Part shown: positions 18,562 through 28,767 of the stretch, piece after piece
Position numbering within the stretch: position 1 is the first letter of the stretch
Layout: each line of letters starts with the position of its first letter
Assembly: GCA_039638295.1 (NCBI GenBank)
Contig: JBDIWJ010000005.1
Span: forward strand, 416-64,415
Reading direction: 5' to 3'
DNA length: 64,000 bases
Origin: Candidatus Phoenicimicrobium oleiphilum
GTDB taxonomy: Bacteria > Atribacterota > Phoenicimicrobiia > Phoenicimicrobiales > Phoenicimicrobiaceae
The notes under the pieces: model-generated
What the model was told of the DNA's origin: nothing
The model's input: only the letters and a program-made list of their open reading frames with translations
Database searches by the model: none
Made by a program: the position numbers and the translations under genes

Positions 18562-20400
18562 TCATGCATCTAAAAACTTAAAAGGTGAAATTATATCTTC
18601 TCCAAATTTTGCTCTGGTTTCTTTTAACCTTTCAGTCTGTGCTTCTAATTCTTTAGTAAAGGCGGTAGGCATCTTAATATTTTTAAATATCTTGTTCATC
18701 CTTTCCATCTTCTCTATGTATTTTGTCACTCTTAAGGAGAACTGCTGAATATATTCGTCCATAGTGTAATCTTTGTCCAGCTCACTGATAAATAAACTTT
18801 TTAAATCTTCATATTTGGGTATTCGGCCTACCGGAGTTTCGATGGCTTCAAATTCGTGGTGCACTCTCCCTTCAGCCCAGAGTACCCAGACTTTCTTATC
18901 AAGTTTACCGTTCAGGTAATTACCAGACTCATCTTTTAAGAAATAATTGGTAGCATAAATTTTGGGGACCTCTTTGAGGCCATCGGCAAATTTCAGGTGA
19001 TTCTCTATGTAGGTATTAAACGGTACCGAGATAAAGTCAAGATTGGCCATCGGGTTATGTTTCCTTATCCCCTGGGCACCGATAGTAGCAGAGGTAGTCT
19101 CTGATTCTACGGTAGCCCCAAGAAAGACTCCTTGGAACCAACTGAGAGATTCTACTATTGGCATAGTGGTATCAGAATCTCTTCCTCCATAGATAATGGC
19201 CTGCACAGGTACACCTGCCGGGTCATCAGCCTTGGGGTCAATATTTTCTAAGGCATTTAGTCTTATGGTGTATCTGGCATTTTTATGGGAACAATCGATA
19301 ACATTACCTTTCTTATCTTTTTTACCTTTATACCACTCTCCTGAATGATTAATGCCTTTATCCGGTATATCTTTACCCATACCCAACCAATAAGGGACAC
19401 CATCATTAACAAGTACATTAGAAAAAATAAGTTCTCTCGGAGTGGTTAGGGCTTTATATATCAAGGGATCATCCTGGGGATTTACATCCTGAATGATACC
19501 AAATATACCATTTTCCACATTTACTGCTTTTATTATCCCGTTAATTTTTTTGAGGTAGGCGATATCATCACCAACTACGGTCTGCCCAGGAATCATGGCA
19601 GTGCTGGTCTTCCCACAGGCACTGGGGAAGGCACCAGTAAAATAGGTAATACGGCCTTTTGGACCATGGACACCCATTATAAACATATGCTCAGCTAACC
19701 ACCCTTCTTCATTGGCCTTCTTGATAGCTAATCGGAAGGCTAACTTTTTTAGTCCCAGAGAGTTACCAGCATATTGATTATTCACTGAATAGACCTTATT
19801 CTCTTCCAGGTCGATGTAGATCCTCCGTTTATCTATATCTTTACTCACACCATTTTCTAATCTTCCCGCTGAATGAAGAAAGAAAAAGAAATCAGGAGAT
19901 CCATCAAGTTTTTTAAATTGTTCATAGGCTGGCCGATAGAGGATATCTTCACTATGGGCGACATAAGCCGAATCAGTAATCTGTAAGGCTAAAATCGAGA
20001 ACATAGAATTAGTAGGACCAAGAGAAAAGAACCTTACTAACATCTCTTTCCCAGCCATACTTCCGTCAAGAAGAGAATATATTTCTTTTAGGCCTTTATC
20101 TTTTTCTATCGAATTTACCTTTATCCCCCAATCTACATCTTTAGATAATAAATATCTGGTATTGGCTTTATCTCTGGCCTGATCATAATAACCATCAAAG
20201 TGAATGGTATGTCCTCCCATCTTTAACTTCTTTTCTTCACCATTGATTAAAGCCAATTCTCTTACATAGGTAATATCTTCTTTTGAGTCAGTTATCACAG
20301 TTACCTTTTCCGGTTTACAGAGCTGGATGGCCTCTTGAACCACCTTTGTAACATATTGATTATTTAGTTCTTCTAACTTCCGTAAATAATTTTTATCCAT
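18562..20400 (-). CDS. pckG: Phosphoenolpyruvate carboxykinase (GTP)
   Basis: GTP-PEPCK kinase-1a motif GAFPSACGKTSTAM, 612 aa. Confidence 0.9.
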   Translation of the reverse strand: MDKNYLRKLEELNNQYVTKVVQEAIQLCKPEKVTVITDSKEDITYVRELALINGEEKKLKMGGHTIHFDGYYDQARDKANTRYLLSKDVDWGIKVNSIEKDKGLKEIYSLLDGSMAGKEMLVRFFSLGPTNSMFSILALQITDSAYVAHSEDILYRPAYEQFKKLDGSPDFFFFLHSAGRLENGVSKDIDKRRIYIDLEENKVYSVNNQYAGNSLGLKKLAFRLAIKKANEEGWLAEHMFIMGVHGPKGRITYFTGAFPSACGKTSTAMIPGQTVVGDDIAYLKKINGIIKAVNVENGIFGIIQDVNPQDDPLIYKALTTPRELIFSNVLVNDGVPYWLGMGKDIPDKGINHSGEWYKGKKDKKGNVIDCSHKNARYTIRLNALENIDPKADDPAGVPVQAIIYGGRDSDTTMPIVESLSWFQGVFLGATVESETTSATIGAQGIRKHNPMANLDFISVPFNTYIENHLKFADGLKEVPKIYATNYFLKDESGNYLNGKLDKKVWVLWAEGRVHHEFEAIETPVGRIPKYEDLKSLFISELDKDYTMDEYIQQFSLRVTKYIEKMERMNKIFKNIKMPTAFTKELEAQTERLKETRAKFGEDIISPFKFLDA

Positions 20401-20453
20401 TTATCCTTCCTCACTTTTCCTTAAAGTCTGCCTACAATTTTATTAAAAAAACA

Positions 20454-21836
20454 TCAGCTTCTATATACTTTTACAATCTCTCCATATCCCGGAGAGACAG
20501 TTATTTCACCATCATCAAAGACCACTTTCCCTCTAACAATAGTCTTTTCCGGCTTTCCATATACTCCCCATCCGTCATATACCAGGGCGCTGTCTCTACA
20601 TTTGGTAAACATTTTATCTTTGGAAATAATGTCTTTTTTGTTAGGATCAAAAATTACAAAATCTGCATCTGAACCAAGAGCAATTACCCCTTTTTTGGGA
20701 TACAAACCAAACACTTTTGCCGGATTTTCACAGATAAGCTCAACCATTCTTTCTAATTTAATCTTTCCTTCTTTTACTGCAGTAAAAAGTAAAGGTAATC
20801 TGGTTGATAAACCTGGAAATCCTGCAGGCGGAACAAAGATATCTTCACTCCCTCTTTCTTTTTCTTCTTTAGTATAAGGAGCATGGTCACTTCCGATAAT
20901 ATCGACACTTCCGTTATTTACCATTTCCCACATTCCCTGCCGCTTTTCTTCGCTCCTTAAGGGAGGATTAACCTTGGCAAATACTCCCAATTTATTAAGA
21001 ACATCCTCATTAAGAAACAAATAATGGGGACAAGTCTCTGCAATAGCATATACCCCTTTATATTTTGCTTCATTTACTAATTCTACTACTTCCGGAGTGG
21101 TAATATGACATATTTCAACTTTCGCCCCAGTCTTTTCGGCAAAGAGTAAAATCTTAGAAGCAGTTTCTATTTCTACGACTGGTGGGCGAGATCTACCATG
21201 GTAAATTGGAGAAGTTTTTCCTTCGCTTCTTAGCTTAGCTATATTCTTATTAACCATATCATTATTTTCTGCATGAAAACCGATCATCACACCGGTTTGG
21301 GCTACTTTTTCCATAAGCTCATATTGGTCTCCGGTGTTAGGAGCAGTTAGACCGATAAATTCTTCTCTTCTCCCTGGAGGAGCCTCATGTAAAAAAGTTT
21401 TAAAGGCAACAATCCCTGACTTTGCACAGGGGATAATATCATCTAGACAATCTGTCCCCGCTGCTCCAAAAAAAGCTATATCGACTACAGTTTCTTTATC
21501 CGCAATATCCATTCTTCTTTTTACTATTTCGGGAGAATGTGGTGGAGGAACAGAGATGGGCATTTCAATTATAGTGGTAACCCCGCCCAAGGCTGCATCT
21601 TTTGAACCGCTTTCAAAGGTCTCTCTTTCATCATGTCCGGGAGCTCGGATATGTACATGAGGATCAACGGTTCCGGGTAAAACCATTTTTCCTTCTGCAT
21701 CGATAAATTTTTTAGCCTCTAATTTTTCTTTACTTATTGTGGCAATTATTCCATCTTTCACTCCTACATAACAATCTATTAATCTGTCATCTATAAATAT
21801 CTTGTCCGACTTTATTACGAGGTCAAATTTGTTCAT
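20454..21836 (-). CDS. pyrC: Cyclic amidohydrolase of the dihydroorotase/allantoinase/dihydropyrimidinase family (PyrC-like)
   Basis: Metal-binding GTVDPHVHIRAPG motif, 460 aa; immediately downstream of pyrB. Confidence 0.65.
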   Translation of the reverse strand: MNKFDLVIKSDKIFIDDRLIDCYVGVKDGIIATISKEKLEAKKFIDAEGKMVLPGTVDPHVHIRAPGHDERETFESGSKDAALGGVTTIIEMPISVPPPHSPEIVKRRMDIADKETVVDIAFFGAAGTDCLDDIIPCAKSGIVAFKTFLHEAPPGRREEFIGLTAPNTGDQYELMEKVAQTGVMIGFHAENNDMVNKNIAKLRSEGKTSPIYHGRSRPPVVEIETASKILLFAEKTGAKVEICHITTPEVVELVNEAKYKGVYAIAETCPHYLFLNEDVLNKLGVFAKVNPPLRSEEKRQGMWEMVNNGSVDIIGSDHAPYTKEEKERGSEDIFVPPAGFPGLSTRLPLLFTAVKEGKIKLERMVELICENPAKVFGLYPKKGVIALGSDADFVIFDPNKKDIISKDKMFTKCRDSALVYDGWGVYGKPEKTIVRGKVVFDDGEITVSPGYGEIVKVYRS

Positions 21837-21999
21837 ATTTTATCCTCCGCATCGTTACTTTTCAACATTCCAGTTTATATTATGCCTAATATCTCTTGGG
21901 GGCACGATGCATTGTGTCTCTACACTACTGTTTTATTTACATTATAAGTTATAATTATATTATAGCTTAATACTGCTTCGTGGAAAAATTATTATTGGA

Positions 22000-22923
22000 T
22001 TATGCTTTACCAGTAACCAATGCCAAAAGTGCCATTCTAATGTAAAGGCCATTGTGGGCCTGTCTAAAATATGCAGCCCCTTCATAATCATCAACATCAG
22101 TAGATATTTCATCTACTCTCGGTAGGGGATGAAGAATAGTAATTCCCTCTTTAGCCTGATCAATCAGGGCTCTATTGATAACATATGAACCTTTAAGTTT
22201 TTCATATTCAGCAGGATCTTCAAACCGTTCTCTTTGTATCCGGGTTACATAAACAATATCACTTATCGCTAAAGCTTCTCTTAAATCTTCAGTCTCTTCA
22301 ATTTCTGCTCCTCGACTTCTTAGGTCAGCAGTTATCTTTTCAGGCATTTGTAAAGCTTTTGGGGAAACAAAGATCATCTTATTCTTATAGAGAGCCATAA
22401 AATAACCTAAAGAATGAACAGTTCGGCCATATTTTAAGTCACCAACAAAGGCAACTGTATGTCCTCCCAAAGCTCCCTTTTCTTTGCGTATGGTGTATAT
22501 ATCTAAAAGAGCCTGGGTAGGATGTTGACCACTTCCGTCTCCAGCATTAATAAAAGGGTGAACAGCATTGTCAGCAGCAATCTGGGCAGAGCCCTTCATA
22601 GGATGACGCATAACAATGACATCAGCATAACCATCTACTGTCCTAATAGTATCGGCTAAAGACTCTCCCTTAGCTACTGAAGAACTAGCTGGATTAGCTA
22701 CAGTAATTACTCGTGCTCCTAATCTATTGGCAGCAGTTTCAAAGGAAAGTCGAGTTCTGGTACTCGGTTCGAAAAATAAAGTAGCCACTACTTGCCCTTC
22801 CATATTTCTGATTATATTTCCATCCTTAACTTGTTTTTCAAAATTTGCTGCAGTATTCATAATTATATTAAGCTCCTGAGTTGAAAACTGAGCAGTGTTT
22901 AATATATCTTTTCCTTTAAGCAT
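22000..22923 (-). CDS. pyrB: Aspartate carbamoyltransferase catalytic chain
   Basis: STRTRLSFETA, KGESLADTI, VMRHP, GDGSGQHPTQALLD, VGDLKYGRTVHSL, HPLPRVDEI match E. coli PyrB block-for-block. Confidence 0.85.
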   Translation of the reverse strand: MLKGKDILNTAQFSTQELNIIMNTAANFEKQVKDGNIIRNMEGQVVATLFFEPSTRTRLSFETAANRLGARVITVANPASSSVAKGESLADTIRTVDGYADVIVMRHPMKGSAQIAADNAVHPFINAGDGSGQHPTQALLDIYTIRKEKGALGGHTVAFVGDLKYGRTVHSLGYFMALYKNKMIFVSPKALQMPEKITADLRSRGAEIEETEDLREALAISDIVYVTRIQRERFEDPAEYEKLKGSYVINRALIDQAKEGITILHPLPRVDEISTDVDDYEGAAYFRQAHNGLYIRMALLALVTGKA

Positions 22924-22963
22924 ATTATCATCTCCTTTTAATTTAATTTTTATAACTCTTACC

Positions 22964-23935
22964 CTAATCTTTTTCTATAATTGTTCCACTCTGCCCCCGA
23001 AAAGCTTCCAAAGCCTTATCAAGTGAGGCAATTATAGCTTTTTCCCCTCCATTTTCTAAAAATCGTAAGCAAGCTTTGACTTTTGGACCCATACTTCCCG
23101 CCATAAAATGCCCTTCATCAAAATATTGTTTTGCTTCTTTAAAATTTATTCTGCTTAAGCCTTTCTCATCAGGTCTACCATAATTAATTTTTGCTTCTTC
23201 TACATCGGTAAGAATTAAAAATATATTAGCACCTACTATTTCTGCTAATCTTTCTCCTGCAAGATCTTTGTCTATTACTGCCTCAATTCCTTGATAATTT
23301 CCTTCTTCATCTTCTAAAACGGGTATACCTCCCCCACCTGAAGCAATAACAATTACCCCCACATCAACTAATTTTTTAATAACCTCGGCTTCTAAATTTG
23401 ATATAGGATCAGGGGAAGGAACAGTTCTCCTCCAACATCTCTCACCATTTGGTTTAACCTTTTTGATTATATATTGTGGATTATTCTTTTTTATCTCTTT
23501 TGCTTCTTCTTCGGTTAAAAAATTCCCTACCGGCTTGGAAGCTTTATCCCCGAAAAACTCTGGATCATTTTTATCTACCAAGACTTGATTAATTATAGCA
23601 CACACTGGTATCTCAAGATCCATTTTTTTAAGATGATTCCTTAATGTTTGTTGTAACATATAACCAATTTGCCCCTGAGTCATTGCCCCTACTACATCCA
23701 TAGGATGAGCGGGAACAACATCTTCTGCTAATTTTTGCTGTACCATTAAATTGCCAACCTGGGGGCCATTCCCGTGAGTTATTATTAGTCGATCTTCTTT
23801 GCCAAGATTCTTTACAATTTCAGCAATGTACTTTGTTGTTTTCCAACAATTCCTGAATTGTTCTTCTGAAGTTCCTTTTTCATCTGCCTGTTTTATTGCA
23901 TTTCCACCTAAGGCTATTAAAACTACTTTCGACAT
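22964..23935 (-). CDS. arcC: Carbamate kinase
   Basis: N-terminal VVLIALGGNAI...THGNGPQVG amino-acid-kinase fold characteristic of carbamate kinase, 323 aa. Confidence 0.85.
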   Translation of the reverse strand: MSKVVLIALGGNAIKQADEKGTSEEQFRNCWKTTKYIAEIVKNLGKEDRLIITHGNGPQVGNLMVQQKLAEDVVPAHPMDVVGAMTQGQIGYMLQQTLRNHLKKMDLEIPVCAIINQVLVDKNDPEFFGDKASKPVGNFLTEEEAKEIKKNNPQYIIKKVKPNGERCWRRTVPSPDPISNLEAEVIKKLVDVGVIVIASGGGGIPVLEDEEGNYQGIEAVIDKDLAGERLAEIVGANIFLILTDVEEAKINYGRPDEKGLSRINFKEAKQYFDEGHFMAGSMGPKVKACLRFLENGGEKAIIASLDKALEAFRGQSGTIIEKD

Positions 23936-24004
23936 TTTCTTGCTACTCTCCTCCTAAATTTATTCTTGTATTAGTATTATACAAAATTATGAATTGCCTT
24001 ACTG

Positions 24005-24784
24005 TTAATTAACCTTCTTTAAAATACTTTCCTCTTTATATCCTAACTTTTTTGATATTTCCTGTGCTGAATCGGTAACGATTTTAATAAATCTTTCCAT
24101 ATTGCTCGAAGACATTCTTTTAGATAATCCTGTTATAGTAATGCTAGCTATTGTTTTTCCGTTAATATTCTTTATAGGGGCAGCAACTGCTTTTATTCCT
24201 TCTTCAAGTTCCTCGTCGCAAATTGCATAACCCTTATTTTTTATATCTAATAAGTGCATTATTAATCTTTTGGGCTTTGTAATTGTCTTTGAGGTATATT
24301 TTAAGAATTGTTTTTTATTAATAATTCTTCTTATATCTTCTAGTGGTTGATTAGCTAAAAGAATTTTTGAACTAGCGGCACAATGAAAAGGCATTCCCCT
24401 GCCAATTTCAACAAAAAGTTGAGTGTTTGTGTTTCTACTCGAAGAAATTGAATCAATACAAATCCCCTGGTCTTTTCTCCAAATAGTTAAGAAAGTAGTT
24501 TCTTGAGTTTCATTACAAACTTTTCTTAAAATAGGTTTGGCAATTTGTCTAATATCGAAGGATCTTAAAAGGGAATTAGAGTATTTGAGTAAGCGTAACC
24601 CGATTTTATACCTTGAAGTATCATTTTCTTTTTCTACTATTGAATATTTTAATAAATCCTTTAATATTCGATGAACTGTACTTTTTGGTAAATCTAATGC
24701 CAAGCTCAATTCTGTTATTCCCACATCTTTCTTTACATCGCTTAAATGATCCAAAATTTTTATTATTTTTTCTAATGATTTCAT
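24005..24784 (-). CDS. IclR-family transcriptional regulator
   Basis: N-terminal HTH (ILDHL...GITELSLALDLPKSTVHRIL) plus C-terminal IclR effector domain. Confidence 0.85.
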   Translation of the reverse strand: MKSLEKIIKILDHLSDVKKDVGITELSLALDLPKSTVHRILKDLLKYSIVEKENDTSRYKIGLRLLKYSNSLLRSFDIRQIAKPILRKVCNETQETTFLTIWRKDQGICIDSISSSRNTNTQLFVEIGRGMPFHCAASSKILLANQPLEDIRRIINKKQFLKYTSKTITKPKRLIMHLLDIKNKGYAICDEELEEGIKAVAAPIKNINGKTIASITITGLSKRMSSSNMERFIKIVTDSAQEISKKLGYKEESILKKVN

Positions 24785-24989
24785 TTATTCCTTATTATTT
24801 TTGTTCCGTAATGTAGAATGCTGTTCCATTTTATAACCCTAATTATATTATATATTATTATAATACATAATATTAAAAAATCAATCTTTTTAAAAAAATT
24901 TTAAAATTTTTGTATTTTTTTTATTAAAGTACGTTAAATCATTAACAATTGTAGGCTTTCAAAATGAATTTATTTTTCTAATTAAAAAA

Positions 24990-26042
24990 TTACTCACCAC
25001 CAGTAATAATTTTTAACTTTCGGGGAGCTAAAATTAACCATACTTCGTCGCCAGAACTTAAACTCATACCGACAAATATTTCCTTAGGCAGTTTTACTTT
25101 TAAAGAATTTTTCCCTGTTGTAACAGTACAACAGACTGTTGAAGATGATTCCTCAATTTCACTTAATCTTCCTATGACCCTGTTTACATCAGGTCCGGGA
25201 GGTCTGGCATCAGAAAGATAAATATCTTCCGGTAAAATTGCTACTTTTTTTATTTTCTCTCTTTCACTGTAAACCACTAGAGTAATATCACCACACTTTA
25301 CCTCTACTAACCCAAAACCCAATCTATTACAATAATCACAGTTTAAAATATTGGGTGCTCCAATAAAATCATTAACCGCTTCTGTAGGATGAAAAAATAT
25401 TTCCTTAGGGGATCCTATTTGCTCTACTCTGCCTTTGTCAAGTACCGCAATTCTTTCTGCCATTTCTTCTGCCTCATAAAAATTATGAGTAACATAAATA
25501 GTGGTAATACCCAATCTTTTCTGTAACATTTTAAACTCTGTCCTGAGATATTTAGAAGTACGATAATCCAAACTGTTCATCGGTTCATCAAGAAGTAAAA
25601 TGAGAGGAGAATTGGCTAAAGCCCGGGCCAAAGCTACCCTCTGTTTCTCGCCCCCGCTTAATTCTTTAGGATAACGAGAAGATAAATGTTTTATCTTCAT
25701 TATTTGAAGGAGTTCTTCAACTCTCGCTTTTATTTCATTTTTAGGTCTTTTTTGCATCTTCAAACCATAAGCAATATTAGCAGATACATCAAGGTGAGGA
25801 AATAAATTCAACTCTTGAAATAAGTAACCTATTCTTCTCTGATTAGCGGGCAACATATCTACCGGTTTATTGTCAAACAATACAGAACCTTCGTAGTCAA
25901 TTAAACCAGCGATGATATTTAATAAGGTGCTTTTCCCTGCCCCATTGGGCCCCAACAACACTAACAATTCTTTATCAAATATTTCCAAGTTAACATCTTT
26001 ACAAACATATTTAGAAATGTTTTTAAGCGTGATAGATGACAT
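24990..26042 (-). CDS. ABC transporter ATP-binding protein with C-terminal TOBE/MOP-like domain
   Basis: Walker A GPNGAGKST, signature LSGGEKQRVALARAL, ~100-aa C-terminal OB-like extension. Confidence 0.8.
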   Translation of the reverse strand: MSSITLKNISKYVCKDVNLEIFDKELLVLLGPNGAGKSTLLNIIAGLIDYEGSVLFDNKPVDMLPANQRRIGYLFQELNLFPHLDVSANIAYGLKMQKRPKNEIKARVEELLQIMKIKHLSSRYPKELSGGEKQRVALARALANSPLILLLDEPMNSLDYRTSKYLRTEFKMLQKRLGITTIYVTHNFYEAEEMAERIAVLDKGRVEQIGSPKEIFFHPTEAVNDFIGAPNILNCDYCNRLGFGLVEVKCGDITLVVYSEREKIKKVAILPEDIYLSDARPPGPDVNRVIGRLSEIEESSSTVCCTVTTGKNSLKVKLPKEIFVGMSLSSGDEVWLILAPRKLKIITGGE

Positions 26043-26043
26043 A

Positions 26044-26805
26044 TTACCTCCATCGATTAGTTAACTTATTTTCTAAGAAAGCAAAAAATTTCTCAAAAGA
26101 AAGACACATTACTCCCAAAACTATTAGACAGACTATAATAATATCTATACGAATAAGACTCTCAGCCTTCATCATCAAGGCACCAATCCCGGTAGGAATA
26201 GCTACCATCTCAGCTGCTATTATCACTCGCCAGGCCATCCCTGATTCTAATCTTAATCCGGTAAAAATATTAGGCAAAGCAAGAGGAATGACCACTGTAC
26301 TTAAAATTTTTAGGTCAGACGCACCTAATATCCTGGCCACAAAGATATAATTTTTGTCCACATTTTTAATTCCGGTAACTGTATTGTAAAGAATGGGAAA
26401 GAAGGAACAGATAAATATTATGGTAATCGGTAAGATTTCACCAATACCAAACCACAACATCAATAAAGGAAGCCAACCCAGAGCAGGAATAGGATAAATT
26501 AAGCTTATTATAGGGTTTAATGACCTATTAACCAGATTATTCCACCCCATTATAATTCCGATAAATAGCCCGGTAATAGAACCCGCAAAAAAACCTATGA
26601 GGACTCGAATTAAACTGCTCACGAAATTACTCCCCAATACCCCGCTGATTGTTAAATGCCAAAATTCTGTTAACACAACAGAAAAAGGAGGAAAAAAGAA
26701 TTGACCAGGGATTAAATTCAATCGGGCAATTATCTCCCATATTCCCAGAAATGTGATAATGGGGATTATCTCCCATTTTAATTTAAATATTTTATATCTT
26801 TTCAT
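26044..26805 (-). CDS. ABC transporter permease (NitT/TauT-family-like BPD_transp_1)
   Basis: 253 aa, 6 predicted TM segments, EAA-like loop region. Confidence 0.75.
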   Translation of the reverse strand: MKRYKIFKLKWEIIPIITFLGIWEIIARLNLIPGQFFFPPFSVVLTEFWHLTISGVLGSNFVSSLIRVLIGFFAGSITGLFIGIIMGWNNLVNRSLNPIISLIYPIPALGWLPLLMLWFGIGEILPITIIFICSFFPILYNTVTGIKNVDKNYIFVARILGASDLKILSTVVIPLALPNIFTGLRLESGMAWRVIIAAEMVAIPTGIGALMMKAESLIRIDIIIVCLIVLGVMCLSFEKFFAFLENKLTNRWR

Positions 26806-27815
26806 TGTTTTATAAAACTCAAATCTAAAATATCTTCAGCCTTAAAGCTACTCCTAATGTAACCTAATTCGGCAACATAATCTATTGCTTCCTGAACTAC
26901 TGCAAGATCGATATCGGTAGTATATTCCAACCTGCTCATAGACCTTAATAAAACTTTGGGAGTAATCTTTGTCTTGGTAGCTATATCGGCTATTTGCACC
27001 GGAAAAAGACTTCCCCCGGCTTCCCGTAATTGTCGAGTCACAATTTCTGCTGCTTCCTGAGGATGCTGATTAATCCAATCGTTCGCCCTTTGTGATATCT
27101 TTACTAATTTTTTAACGACTTCGGGATGGTCTCTTATCAATTCTTCCTTAACCACTAAAATACTCCCCTGCATTTCAGGCCAAACATCTTGACTCATCAG
27201 CAACATCTTAAAACCAAATTCCTCGGCCATAGTAGCCCATTGCTCAGGGAGAAAGGCAGCATCCAATTGCCCTGTTTTAATAGCCAAAACCTGTTTTGGT
27301 GGATTTATGCGCTGAATATTATTTGATATTTTCTTCTCATTCAAATTATATTTGTCTATCGTTTTGTGGAGAAGCACATCTACTGCCCCACCTTCCCTAA
27401 CACATCCAATACGAACCCCTGGTTCTTCTAAGTCTTTAACACTTTTTATCTTCTCAGGATTAACTACCAAGCCATAACCATACTTATGAGTTCCGGCAAC
27501 TATTTTTATAGGAACTTTGGCATTAGCATAAACATTTATGGCTGGGATTAAACACATATAGGCCACTTGAATATCCCCTCGAGCTAAAGCAGAAGCCAAA
27601 GCCATTCCAGTTACATAACTCTCATAGGAAGTTAAATTAAGCCCCTCTTCTTCAAACCAACCCTTATCCTGGCTTATATAAGCACAGGCAGCATGATCCA
27701 TAAATTCTACCGCCATACCGATAGGAGCCTTTTTTGGTGGAGCACATTCACCAAAGGATGCAAAAATCAATAAACTCATTATTAATATTAAAAATATAAA
27801 AACTTTTTTCATCAA
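26802..27815 (-). CDS. ABC transporter substrate-binding protein (NMT1/SsuA/COG0715-like), secreted
   Basis: Signal peptide, 337 aa periplasmic-binding fold resemblance. Confidence 0.6.
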   Translation of the reverse strand: MMKKVFIFLILIMSLLIFASFGECAPPKKAPIGMAVEFMDHAACAYISQDKGWFEEEGLNLTSYESYVTGMALASALARGDIQVAYMCLIPAINVYANAKVPIKIVAGTHKYGYGLVVNPEKIKSVKDLEEPGVRIGCVREGGAVDVLLHKTIDKYNLNEKKISNNIQRINPPKQVLAIKTGQLDAAFLPEQWATMAEEFGFKMLLMSQDVWPEMQGSILVVKEELIRDHPEVVKKLVKISQRANDWINQHPQEAAEIVTRQLREAGGSLFPVQIADIATKTKITPKVLLRSMSRLEYTTDIDLAVVQEAIDYVAELGYIRSSFKAEDILDLSFIKQ

Positions 27816-27863
27816 TTTTCCTCCTATAATTAGTGCTCTATTAAATAAAGTATGTTATATTTC

Positions 27864-27960
27864 TTGAGATTGCTTCCCCTATTTTCGCAGGGGCAGGCTT
27901 GCTTTGCTCCACGCAATGACACTTGGTGTTATGTCATTGTGAGGGTTAGCGAAGCAATCT
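27864..27960. repeat. Nested-palindrome intergenic element (outer 11-bp IR GAGATTGCTTC/GAAGCAATCTC; inner hairpins CCCCT..AGGGG and CAATGACA..TGTCATTG)
   Basis: Inverted repeats read directly; shares TGTCATTG...GAAGCAATCTC with element at 39033-39104. Confidence 0.5.
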
Positions 27961-28000
27961 CAAAACTATCCTACCTTAGTTAACTTAGCAGTAGTTATTT

Positions 28001-28729
28001 TCAATGTCCACAGAAACAATACTGTTCAAACCCTTTAAGATAGGCAATCCCGGCAATGGTAACGCCATAAAATATAATTGGCTTTTCTATTAAAAGTGAA
28101 GTTAAAGTATTATTAACTACTGAAGTACCAGTAGCTAAAATTACATCTGCCCAGGATAATATTTCTTTGGTATGGGCAGCATCCTCTATTAATACTCCAC
28201 ACTTTTTTTGACCCACATTATCTGGATCTAAGTCTACTACTCTAATTTCAAATTGAGCTGCTAAAACCTCCACCATAGCTGGCTGCATCCCGATAAAAGC
28301 TATACGGGGATTGCCAAATTGCTCTTTGATATAATCTACCAGGTGAGTGGCGCACTCTCTCGGTTCTTTATCTTTGCAGTGAACTGTTTTGGAAATATAA
28401 TTTAGGTATCGCAACACAGCATTTAAAGTAGCGATAAAAACTGCCCTTTTAAAATTATTATCCAGGGGCATAGTTAAAATTTCCCGTAAACTTCCGCTAT
28501 AATTCCCAGGCATATCGGTAAAGGCCTGGCCTAAACTCCCTTTAAAATCTGCTTGAAGCATTACTTCCTTCCCTTTTAATAGAGGAAAATCATCCCGTTC
28601 TGGTTTTCCGATAACTTCTTGAGGAGTTAATGTCCGGGCACTTACCACTTCTACCCTCGAAGAAATTAAATCTTTTTCTTTAATTAGATTAAAAAACCTT
28701 TCTTTTATTTCCTCATAAAAATCCGACAT
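28001..28729 (-). CDS. DUF4213/DUF364-like protein (putative heavy-metal chelation domain; Rossmann-like)
   Basis: 242 aa; family recollection only, typical neighbour of Mo/W-cofactor genes. Confidence 0.4.
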   Translation of the reverse strand: MSDFYEEIKERFFNLIKEKDLISSRVEVVSARTLTPQEVIGKPERDDFPLLKGKEVMLQADFKGSLGQAFTDMPGNYSGSLREILTMPLDNNFKRAVFIATLNAVLRYLNYISKTVHCKDKEPRECATHLVDYIKEQFGNPRIAFIGMQPAMVEVLAAQFEIRVVDLDPDNVGQKKCGVLIEDAAHTKEILSWADVILATGTSVVNNTLTSLLIEKPIIFYGVTIAGIAYLKGFEQYCFCGH

Positions 28730-28767
28730 CTTAATCTTAACCTCCTTTTCCCCTTTTATATTTACTT

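Noticed and set aside
22000-22923. Alternative call as ornithine or oxamate (YgeW-like) carbamoyltransferase
   Set aside because: Sequence carries the ATCase-specific HPTQ and HPLPR motifs and aligns block-for-block with E. coli PyrB
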